From Promethearchaeota archaeon (GTDB lineage: Archaea; Asgardarchaeota; Lokiarchaeia; Sigyniarchaeales; SOKP01), in the NCBI GenBank assembly GCA_019057865.1, contig JAHLWP010000012.1, forward strand, positions 28,544 through 92,543: a DNA stretch of 64,000 nt, given 5' to 3'. Below are positions 10,301-17,972 of the stretch, in pieces. The position numbers and the translations under genes were made by a program. Below the pieces are notes generated by a model that saw nothing but the letters and a program-made list of their open reading frames with translations, did no database searches and was not told where the DNA came from. The first letter of the stretch is position 1, and each line of letters opens with the position of its first letter.

Positions 10301-10946
10301 GACCTACTTCATCAGCTAAAATAACCCTTGGAAAGTGTTCCTCCGATAAACGATGAGCAACATTGATTTGGTGGGGCATTAGTGAAAGTCTTGAATTTGT
10401 TATGCATTTTATTTGATATGAAGTATAGTAAGAATGAAATAAGTTAGCCCAATATTTAATTAAGAAGTTCTGCGGGGGATCAATTCTTTTACTTTTAATT
10501 AATCCTTCTAATGGTTTTTCATATTTTGAATAAATTTCAGGCTCAAATATTTGAGTTATTTTCCCATTTTGCATTAGAAATTCATAAGAAACTAAACCAT
10601 CTTTAATTAAGAATTCTTCAGAATTGATAATCCCAGTTCCTTGTTTTGTTATAACTCTTTCATTTAGTTCAAAGATATAATGCACTAGATCAATTGGATG
10701 GATAATTTTAATAATATTATCTTTAAATACTACTTTAAATTTCGTGATAAAAAATGTATCCTCATCATCAAGAGATTTTGATGCAGGGATTTCTATCCTT
10801 TTTACAACTCGGCCTATTCCAAATTCAGGATTTAACCTATATACAATTAAATTCCCCTTATTAAATTTCTGTCCTTGACAATATAAATTAAAGCATTTAG
10901 AAAATCTTGATTCTAATTCATTACCACAGAAATGACAATTATACAT
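7368..10946 (-). CDS. SNF2-family (RapA/HepA-like) helicase/ATPase with N-terminal Cys motif and C-terminal coiled coil
   Basis: LADEVGLGKT, DEAHH, LLLTATP, EGRNFQ, NYDLPWNP, EQRIGRLDRIGQ. Confidence 0.9.
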   Translation of the reverse strand: MYNCHFCGNELESRFSKCFNLYCQGQKFNKGNLIVYRLNPEFGIGRVVKRIEIPASKSLDDEDTFFITKFKVVFKDNIIKIIHPIDLVHYIFELNERVITKQGTGIINSEEFLIKDGLVSYEFLMQNGKITQIFEPEIYSKYEKPLEGLIKSKRIDPPQNFLIKYWANLFHSYYTSYQIKCITNSRLSLMPHQINVAHRLSEEHFPRVILADEVGLGKTIEAGIYIKEMMARNLAERILIIVPASLLNQWQFEMQNKFNISFTIYDGKKIKELKKKGSYKSANLLSNPFYYDNLIICSIQFARNRKYIELLSQISWDIIIFDEAHHLRRYLLNAMTGYYRETLNYVLARNLIQNAESLLLLTATPLQLHSFELYSLIELIHPEVFENFSDFEHFRKNMPFINLLVSNLNQIEKLNNFEVKNTIKLLKNLRYIDKRKNYEQVLLQIKDDSFKLNLINKIEKDHTLSKFLIRNRKKNVFSKEFLSKRLVNTIMVDPTKQELDLYNEIRLYLAQIYNASISKENAGIGFVITTLQKLLTSSKYAFLKSLERRLEQINRFKDIFLKLDVIKEEDPEYYELELEDQTIDSEIIGLKESLTQEQSDESFNIINQEKSLKDFYEKLKNLPYDSKADKLIEIISEIYSQNPKEKILIFTQFVDTLFYLKDLIEKQNERYLVEIFYGGLDKNQKDAAVERFRISKKLSILISTEIGGEGRNFQFCRILINYDLPWNPMKLEQRIGRLDRIGQESREIYIYNLFMEGTIETDVISALLKRISLFEESIGILEPIIGKIEKDFKKLIFIEDEKKKRNKLNEFYRTLDEEIQKAKEIEMQLDDLMIDKKSFQMEGLITSLASCIDVKLSHNELFLLMKYFFNLDNNKYGYLKVSEEDFEKVKDDFELQSKIKLKDMLLKNLNYKFLREYLGTFSLELARKKEEIDFFALGHPLINGILDYCINDEFHGNFSILGLKKKILEKYYDLKSIKKEELYLFIFTIKFQGYIIENQISAVLVDQNGNGLEKLTDFILNIENFEKIFNFNDLNHEIDLNYKDIYTLSKTAKKIVKSKTSLWKNEIKILNDKIFDLERSKKEKIYAHKRNVLFFKLDSLKQRLERKRNSRPTERQLQNINKMSDETKKQERLDKIQKLEEEIMFIEKDIQNVEKKIDDLSFEFEDLKQEMIKRNLAKFYTNLFSFAVIKLT

Positions 10947-11039
10947 AGAAGGATTATTTCTAAAACAATTATCTTTATATTTTTTTTAATATAAATTAAA
11001 GTAAAAATTTTGGTATTTTAAACTAAAAATGAGATAAGC

Positions 11040-11903
11040 ATGTCAGAAGTGGGAATAAAACCTACATATGTAGGAAAAAATGAAAATTTAGTCTTTGAAA
11101 TTCCTCAAGAATTATTTAATATGAGCTTAGGTTCAGCAGATGTATTTGATCGTGAAAACGCAAAATTACTTAGTAAATATATAAGAGGTACCTTTAAAGG
11201 ATTTCAAAATGCAAGAAAAACAAAGTATGGGAATGAGAATAAAACTAAAACAAAAGTTTCACCTGATTTTTGGGCAAAATTTGAAAAGAAGGCAGAAGAA
11301 CTTGATATAGATTTTATAGGGTATACTCCTGTTAATGAAAATTATATTTTTAAAGGTCTAAAAGTGTATGGAAAAAATGCTTTAATTCTCGGAATGGAAA
11401 TGAATTGGGATAAAATTAAAACAGCTCCTAGTGGAATATGTCAAATTGAACTTTTCCGGGTATATAAAGTATTAGGAGATATTACAATTGAATTAACAGA
11501 ATACTTAAAAGAACAGGGATATAAAAGTGAGGCACACCATCCTTTTGGAGGAAAACTTTTAGACGGACCTCATGTTGTAGCAGCAAACTTAGGAGTAATG
11601 GGGCAAAATGGATTAATAATAACTCCAGAATTTGGGCCAAGACAAAGATGGAGTATGATTTCAACTGATGCTGAGATAACTAAAACTCAAGAAAGAGATT
11701 TCGATGAATTGAAAGAATTTTGCAAAGGATGCGGAGCTTGTGTAAAAAATTGTAAAGGTGAAGCAATATATGAAGAACCAATACAAAAAGATTCCGGTGT
11801 AATTACCCATATTGATCGCTCAAAATGTATCGAGAGTTTATTAAATAATAATTATTGTAGTTATTGCCTTAAAATATGTCCTGTAGGACTTAATAAAAAA
11901 TAA
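11040..11903 (+). CDS. 4Fe-4S dicluster protein, QueG/reductive dehalogenase-like
   Basis: ANLGVMGQNGLIITPEFGPRQR, CKGCGACVKNC, CSYCLKICP. Confidence 0.75.
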   Translation: MSEVGIKPTYVGKNENLVFEIPQELFNMSLGSADVFDRENAKLLSKYIRGTFKGFQNARKTKYGNENKTKTKVSPDFWAKFEKKAEELDIDFIGYTPVNENYIFKGLKVYGKNALILGMEMNWDKIKTAPSGICQIELFRVYKVLGDITIELTEYLKEQGYKSEAHHPFGGKLLDGPHVVAANLGVMGQNGLIITPEFGPRQRWSMISTDAEITKTQERDFDELKEFCKGCGACVKNCKGEAIYEEPIQKDSGVITHIDRSKCIESLLNNNYCSYCLKICPVGLNKK

Positions 11904-11957
11904 TTTTTTATTTTATAATATAGCATACCCTAAAGTCGTTCCTATAGAATAAAATTA

Positions 11958-12401
11958 CTATTTTTTTAGTTCATAAATAGTATCGCAATATGGATCTCCT
12001 GCAGCAAGAGTTTTAACAATTTTTAATTTAATTTTATCACTCACAGCTGTACGAAAATATTCATGGTCTATTGCCATTGTTGCTTCACATAATTCTCTTG
12101 ATGTGTTTTCCAAACAGAAAGGACACTTAGTTCCTTGAATTTGGAATTTTTCATCGGAAATAGAAATGATTTTAACAAATTTTGGATCAAAACTCTTTGA
12201 AAATGCCTCGCCAACAGTGGTTAATCTATTATTGGGTAATTTCTCGATAATTTTTAACCCTAAAGCTCGCCCTTGTTTTCTACAAACATCTTTAATAATA
12301 GATAATGATGTTCTCCCGAATCTATTATAGATGGATTTAATTAATAAACCTTGAACTTCTATAGAATTTTTTGGTAATTCATCATCATTAACTTTAATCA
12401 T
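11958..12401 (-). CDS. V4R-like / L-2-amino-thiazoline-4-carboxylate hydrolase-like protein
   Basis: CPF, C...D, TLAAGDPYCD pattern. Confidence 0.6.
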   Translation of the reverse strand: MIKVNDDELPKNSIEVQGLLIKSIYNRFGRTSLSIIKDVCRKQGRALGLKIIEKLPNNRLTTVGEAFSKSFDPKFVKIISISDEKFQIQGTKCPFCLENTSRELCEATMAIDHEYFRTAVSDKIKLKIVKTLAAGDPYCDTIYELKK

Positions 12402-12549
12402 GGTTTAATTTATTGAGTGTTTAATTAATTAATTTATATTCAAATACAATACTCCTTTATCAAAAAATATATTCATTAGTATTATCCAGTGTAATAAATA
12501 ACCTAATAAATACTAGCATATTTATCAAAATATAAAAACATAATTTATA

Positions 12550-14496
12550 GTGAAAAACATGAGTAAAGCTAAAGGAAAACCTTTACCAGATGATGTTAAA
12601 GGATATTCACAAGTTAGACTCGATGTCGATCTAACAACTGGGAAAATTGAAAAAACTGAATTATCAGGAGAATTCTGTCGCGATTGGATTGGTGGATATG
12701 GCTTCGGTGCTCGCATTTTGTGGGAAGAGCTGAAACCTGGCATAGATCCACTCGGTCCGGAGAATGTTTTTGTTTATGCTCAGGGACCATTCCCAACCAC
12801 CATTCTGCCAACTAGCTCAAAGTATGGCGTTTTTGCCAAATCACCTTTAACGGGAATGTTTGGAATGGCAATATCTTCGGGAAGTGTAGGAGCTCAAGCT
12901 CGTCGTGCTGGAATTAATGTAATTGTCTTTAAAGGAAAAGCTCCTGAACTCTCTTACTTTGTTATTGACGATGATGATGATTATTTAGTTCCATGCGAAA
13001 AAACTTTAAAGGGAAAAGGAACCTTTGAAACTGAAGATCTTTTAAGAGAGGAATTTCAGGACCAACGATTAGCAGTAATGAGTATAGGACCTGCTGGTGA
13101 ACGTATGAGTAGAATGGGATGTATTACTAATGATCGAAACAGACAAGCGGGAAGAACAGGAATGGGCGCTGTTATGGGATCCAAAAACCTTAAAGCAGTT
13201 TGTTTTAGGGGCACTAAAGGTATAAAAGTTGCACATCCAGTTGAATTTTATAAAATAGCCAAGAAACTCATAAAGGTAGCTAATGGACCTGCGACTGCTA
13301 AATATCGAGATCTTGGAACACCTGCAGGACTTACAAGCTATAACAAACTTGGGATGATGCCTACTTTTAACCATCGCGAAGGTACCTGGGATAAGATTAC
13401 TAATGGTTCCTTCACTGGTGATACACTTAATGAGGATTGGGTTGTAAAGAAAGTTGCTTGCTCACAATGCTCCATTGCTTGCGATCATCTAGCAAGAGTC
13501 CCCAAAAATCATCCTGACTGGCCAAATCTTATCGCAAGTGTTGATATTGAACTTTTGTATGGATTTGGAACTGGATGTGGTAATGCTGATTGGCCAACTG
13601 TCTTCAAGTGTATTAGTTTGTGTGATGATTTAGGAATTGATGCTATTAGTGGAGGAGTAACTGCTGCTATGGCTTGCGATCTTTATACAGACGGCTTAAT
13701 AACTAAAGAGGATTTAGGATTCGAACTTCCATTTGGTTCAACAACGAATTTAGTAAAATTTACAGAAGAAATGATCCTTGGAAAAGGATTTGCAGGAGAA
13801 ATTTTTGGTCATGGAACCAGAGTTGCCGGTGAAAAATTAGAAGAGAAGGGAAAGAAGGGAGCTAGTACGTATGCAATGCAAATTAAAGGGTTAGAGATGC
13901 CTGCATTTGATATCCACGGAATGTCGTCCTTCGCCGTTGGGGAGAGCGTATCCATTAGAGGCGCTTGTCATTTGCGTAATGGATCTTATGGACTCGATGC
14001 TAAAGGCACTTTTGATCGTTTCAGTTATGATAAACCTCTAGAACGTGGAAAAGCAATTAAGGCAGTTGAGGATGTATATGGCATCATCGATTCTTTCATC
14101 ATTTGTAAATTTACACGCGGAATTTATGAGAATGATGCCGAAATGGCAAAAGTTTACGAGTTAGTAACTGGTCTTCCAATGGATGAAGAATTAATGCTTG
14201 AAAGGGGAGATGCAATTGTTACTCTTTCAAAGTGTTTTAACATCAGAGAAGGTTGGACCAGAGCAGATGATCATCCCCCAGAAAGATTCTTTAAAATGGC
14301 TCACACAAAGGGTCCTGCTAAAGGAGTGACCCTAAAAGAAGATGGATTTCAACAATTGTTATCGGGTTATTATGAAGCAAGAGGTTGGGATAAAGAAACA
14401 GGTATTCCTACTGATGAAACCTTGAAAAAATTAGGAATGGAGTTCGTTATTGGTAATTTAAAACCAGCACAAACAAAAAAAGGAGGTAAAAAATAA
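12550..14496 (+). CDS. aor: Tungsten-type aldehyde:ferredoxin oxidoreductase family protein (start possibly ATG 12559)
   Basis: KSPLTG, SIGPAGE, AGRTGMGAVMGSKNLKA, CSQCSIAC, DDLGID, RGACH, YYEARGWD. Confidence 0.92.
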   Translation: MKNMSKAKGKPLPDDVKGYSQVRLDVDLTTGKIEKTELSGEFCRDWIGGYGFGARILWEELKPGIDPLGPENVFVYAQGPFPTTILPTSSKYGVFAKSPLTGMFGMAISSGSVGAQARRAGINVIVFKGKAPELSYFVIDDDDDYLVPCEKTLKGKGTFETEDLLREEFQDQRLAVMSIGPAGERMSRMGCITNDRNRQAGRTGMGAVMGSKNLKAVCFRGTKGIKVAHPVEFYKIAKKLIKVANGPATAKYRDLGTPAGLTSYNKLGMMPTFNHREGTWDKITNGSFTGDTLNEDWVVKKVACSQCSIACDHLARVPKNHPDWPNLIASVDIELLYGFGTGCGNADWPTVFKCISLCDDLGIDAISGGVTAAMACDLYTDGLITKEDLGFELPFGSTTNLVKFTEEMILGKGFAGEIFGHGTRVAGEKLEEKGKKGASTYAMQIKGLEMPAFDIHGMSSFAVGESVSIRGACHLRNGSYGLDAKGTFDRFSYDKPLERGKAIKAVEDVYGIIDSFIICKFTRGIYENDAEMAKVYELVTGLPMDEELMLERGDAIVTLSKCFNIREGWTRADDHPPERFFKMAHTKGPAKGVTLKEDGFQQLLSGYYEARGWDKETGIPTDETLKKLGMEFVIGNLKPAQTKKGGKK

Positions 14497-15115
14497 TGTC
14501 AAAAGCTGCAACTAAAAAAAGAGGAGGAAAGATGCATCAATTCATCATCGTGGATCCAAATTTATGTACGGGATGCGAAACTTGGACCAGGTCTCCTGGA
14601 AAGCACAAAACCTGTGAATCCGTATGTAGTTTTGTACATGATGGTGAATTCAATCCAATAAATACAAGAATTCATAGAGTTCGAATTGAACCTGTTTTTA
14701 ATATCGCTTTAGCGTGTCAGAAGTGTGAAGACTCACCCTGCGTGAGAGCGTGTCCTGAGAAAGCGCTAAGTCAAGACCCAGAAACGGGTTCAATTATGGT
14801 AGATGACGATAAATGTAATGGCTGCGCCTTCTGTATGAATTAAGAGAATTTCTCTCTAATATGCGGAAAAGGGCGTGCGATTTCGGAGTTCTGAGTCTAC
14901 ATATTGAATCTCAGAAAGCACTTATCTGTGATCTTTGTGAAAATATGAAGGAAGATTATATTGATGAAGAATCCGGAATTAAGGAACCCCAATGCATATT
15001 GGTTTGTCCTAAAGAGGCGATTTCTCTTAAAAATGTGGAACAGATTGGAGAAGAAACCCGTATTGAAGCCGTTAAAAGACTTTTTTCATCAATACTAGAA
15101 GAGTATGAAGGTTAA
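14496..15115 (+). CDS. Four-cluster 4Fe-4S electron-transfer subunit (DmsB/HycB/CooF-like), AOR partner; predicted join 14496-14579 + 14610-14836 + 14869-15115, 185 aa
   Basis: ORF track splits it into 14496..14843 and 14861..15115. Removing 30 + 32 nt gives a 558-nt open frame with CTGCETCESVC, CQKCEDSPCVRACP, CNGCAFCIRAC and CDLC...CILVCP. TAATG overlap with aor stop. Confidence 0.85.
14580..14609 (+). other. Putative 30-nt BHB-type mRNA intron 1 (in frame)
   Basis: Interrupts CxxCxxC. Central helix UGCG(14574-77)/CACA(14604-07) with one C.A mismatch, AAA bulges at 14578-80 and 14608-10, inner stems CUU/AAG and CCAGG/CCUGG. Confidence 0.65.
14837..14868 (+). other. Putative 32-nt BHB-type mRNA intron 2 (contains TAA, shifts frame)
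   Basis: Outer stem GCGCCUU(14824-30)/AGGGCGU(14870-76), central 4 bp CUGU(14831-34)/GCGG(14863-66), 3-nt bulges AUG(14835-37) and AAA(14867-69), inner hairpin; excision gives C-I-R-A-C. Confidence 0.72.
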
Positions 15116-15361
15116 ATAATATTTTTATATATTTATTTCTTTTTTTTATTCTATCTTTTATTTTTTTAATAAGTATTATCATTAAAGTTTTAAATTTTAT
15201 GATTTATTTGTAGGATAGATAATTGAAATTACATAATAATTGGATTTTAATAATATAGACTATTTACAATATCATAAATATTTTTTTGATTAGCAATTCT
15301 TGATATAGGTAAGTAGAAAAGAAGAAACTTATGGAGGAAAGAATTAAACAAGGTGTATAAC

Positions 15362-17338
15362 TTGTCTGAAAAACAGACCAAGGATAATAATGAACCAGAA
15401 TTGCCAATTGTTGGCGTTTTCGTGTGTCGCTGAGGAATAAACATCGCTGGTATCTTAGATGTCCCTAGAATCGTGGAAGAACTTAATAGATTAGAAGGTG
15501 TAAAAGCTTTTGAATATCTTAGTATGTGTACTGAAGGAGGATCTTCTTATATAAAGGAACAACTTGAAGAAAGTAAAATTGAGAGAATTGTTGTAGCTGC
15601 TTGTACTCCTAGAACTCATCAACCAGTTTTTCACGCTATACTCGCTGAAGCTGGTTTACCTCCTAGATATTTGGAATTTGTTAATATAAGAGAACATTGT
15701 AGCTTCGTTCATCAAGCTCCAGAAGTACGTGAAAAAGCAATTCAGAAGGCAATTGAACTCACAAAAGCAGGAATAGCACGTGCTAGATTATTAGAAGATG
15801 TTCCAATAAAAGTAGTACCTGTTGAACCAGTGGCTCTAGTTGTAGGAGGAGGTATTGCTGGATTATCTGCTGCTGTTGATTTAGGGGATGCTGGATTTAA
15901 AGTTTACCTCGTTGAAAAGAATACTACAATTGGAGGTAGGATGAGCCAATTAGACCGAACATTCCCAACGGACGATTGTTCAATATGAATTCTCGGTCCT
16001 AAAATGTTAGAAGCAAATCGTCATCCAAACATTGAGATTCTATCATATAGTGAAGTCATTGAAGTTGATGGATATATTGGAAATTTCAAGGTTAAAGTTA
16101 AAAGAAAGTCACGGTTCGTAGATGAAATTAAATGTACTGGTTGTGGAGCATGTCCAGAAGTATGCCCTATTTATGTACCTAATTATTTTGATGAAAATCT
16201 TTCGGCGAGAAAATGCATTGATATCGCTTTTGCTCAAGCTGTTCCTGCAATTTTTGATATTGCAAGAGAATCTTGTGTAGAATGTTTTGCTTGTGTTGAT
16301 TCATGTGAAGAAGATGCTATTGATTTTAGTATTCAAGATAAAGAAATTGAACTTAAAGTTGGTACTATAATTGTTGCTACAGGGTGGGATCTCTATCAAG
16401 GACCAGATTATGGATATGGTACTTTCGATAATGTTGTAAATCAAATCGAGTTGGAGAGGATTCTTGCGCCTAATGGTCCTACTTATGGACATTTAAAACG
16501 ACCTTCTGATGGAAAACGTCCTACTAAAGTATTATTCATCAATTGTGTTGGATCGAGAGACATAAATAAAAATGCTCACTGCAGCGTTATTTGCTGTAAT
16601 TTATCTCTTAAAAACTCAAAACTCATCAAATTAGAATATCCTGATTCTCAAATAGTTTGTTGTTATATAGATATGAGATGTGCAGGAAAAGATTATGAAG
16701 AGTACTATAGACGTTCACGAGAAGCAGGAATTATCTTTCTAAAAGGATTAGTTGGTAAAATTGAAGAAGATCCATTAACTAAAAATCTAAAAGTACAGTT
16801 TGAACCTGTTGGCACAGATACAATTGTCGAGATGGAGTTTCATATGGTTGTATTATCACCAGCATCACTCCCATCTAAAGGTACTGTGGAGATAGCGAGA
16901 GTTTTAAATATGGAAAAAAGCCCAGATGGATTCCTAAAAGAATTTCATGCTCGACTTGATCCAATCAGTACAAAGGTTCCTGGAATATATATATGCGGTT
17001 CAGCTCAAGGACAAAAAGAGATTGATAAAGCAGTCAGCCAAGCAAAGGGTGCTGCTTCTACAGCAGGTATACCAATGGGCAAAAAAGAATACGTCATGGA
17101 GTTAATTCGGGCTACACCTTTAGATGAACGTTGTGCCAAATGTTACAAATGTATAGAGTCATGTCCATATAGTGCGATTTCAGTAAATGAGAAAGGAATT
17201 CTAGTAGTGAATATTATTCTATGCAGAGGATGTGGTACTTGTGAAGCCGTTTGTCCTTCTAAAGCAATTGAATTAACATACTTTAGAGATGATCAATATA
17301 TGGCATTAATTGATGAATTACTTCCTATTGCGGATTAA
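15362..17338 (+). CDS. hdrA: Heterodisulfide reductase subunit A-like flavoprotein, selenoprotein with 2 Sec (U24, U209), 658 aa
   Basis: TTG start after AGGTG SD. In-frame TGA at 15431-33 (GVFVCR-U-GINIAG) and 15986-88 (FPTDDCSI-U-ILGPKM), both at conserved Cys positions. GGGIAG FAD motif and ferredoxin motifs. Confidence 0.92.
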
Positions 17339-17351
17339 AGAGGTGGATAAT

Positions 17352-17807
17352 ATGGCAGAAAAAGAAGATATTAAAATTATAGCATTTTTATGTTGGAAAT
17401 GAGGATATGGATCAGCAGATATGGCAGGAACTATTCGAGCTCAATATCCATCATCTATTAGAACAGTTTTAGTTCCTTGTACGGGAAGAATTGGATCAGA
17501 TTTAGTGATGCGTGCGTTTGGAAGAGGTGCCGATGGCGTAATGATTATTGGATGATACCTTAAAGAATGTGATTATGAGACGGGAAACTATTTTGCATAT
17601 CGTCTAGTTGAATACTTAAAAGAAGTTTTAAAAGCTATAGGGATTAATGAAAAGCGGTTATATAACGGATATTGTACTGCGGCTGAAGGTCAAAAATTTC
17701 AAATCGAAGCAACAGATTTCGACAAAATAATACGTGATCTAGGTCCAAGTCCTTTACGTACTAAAGGCGGCGCACCAGAAAAAGCTAAAGCGAAAGCGAA
17801 AACTTAA
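17352..17807 (+). CDS. mvhD: Hydrogenase delta subunit MvhD/VhuD ([2Fe-2S]), selenoprotein with 2 Sec (U17, U68), 151 aa; missed by ORF track
   Basis: Manual translation MAEKEDIKIIAFLCWK-U-GYGSADMAG...VPCTGRI...GADGVMIIG-U-YLKECDYETGN...CTAAEG...LGPSPL; TGA at 17400-02 and 17553-55; GAGGTG SD. Confidence 0.92.
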
Positions 17808-17813
17808 AAATTA

Positions 17814-17885
17814 ATGTGTTAACTAATGATACTGAGTTAAAAAAATGAGAACTCAGTTGAAGAAATGGGTGCACCATTAACACAT
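17814..17885 (+). promoter_or_regulatory. Eukaryote-like SECIS element in the 3' UTR of hdrA-mvhD
   Basis: Lower stem AUGUGUUAA(17814-22)/UUAACACAU(17877-85); AUGA at 17826-29; upper stem ACUGAGUU(17831-38)/AACUCAGU(17850-57); A-rich apical loop; UGAA at 17858-61 completing the tandem GA core. Confidence 0.85.
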
Positions 17886-17972
17886 AAAATTGTAAATATA
17901 AAATTAAAAGAAAAAAATATATATTGGAAAAATTTAAAAGAATTTTTTTAAGAAAAATTCAGTTTAATAATT

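Noticed and set aside
14832-14872. Translational bypassing (ribosome hop) or simple frameshift as the explanation of insert 2
   Set aside because: Matched take-off/landing codons (ATG 14835/14861, AAT 14838/14858) give CMRKRAC or CMNMRKRAC and do not restore CxxxC spacing; the BHB register does.
14861-15115. Independent 84-aa ORF
   Set aside because: It is the C-terminal part of the Fe-S protein and starts in the middle of a Cys motif.
15331-15360. 9-codon uORF (MEERIKQGV*) just before hdrA
   Set aside because: Overlaps the SD; no evidence it is more than chance.
15473-17338. Split or pseudogenised hdrA (two ORFs in the track)
   Set aside because: Both breaks are in-frame TGA at conserved Cys positions with a downstream SECIS, i.e. 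Sec recoding.
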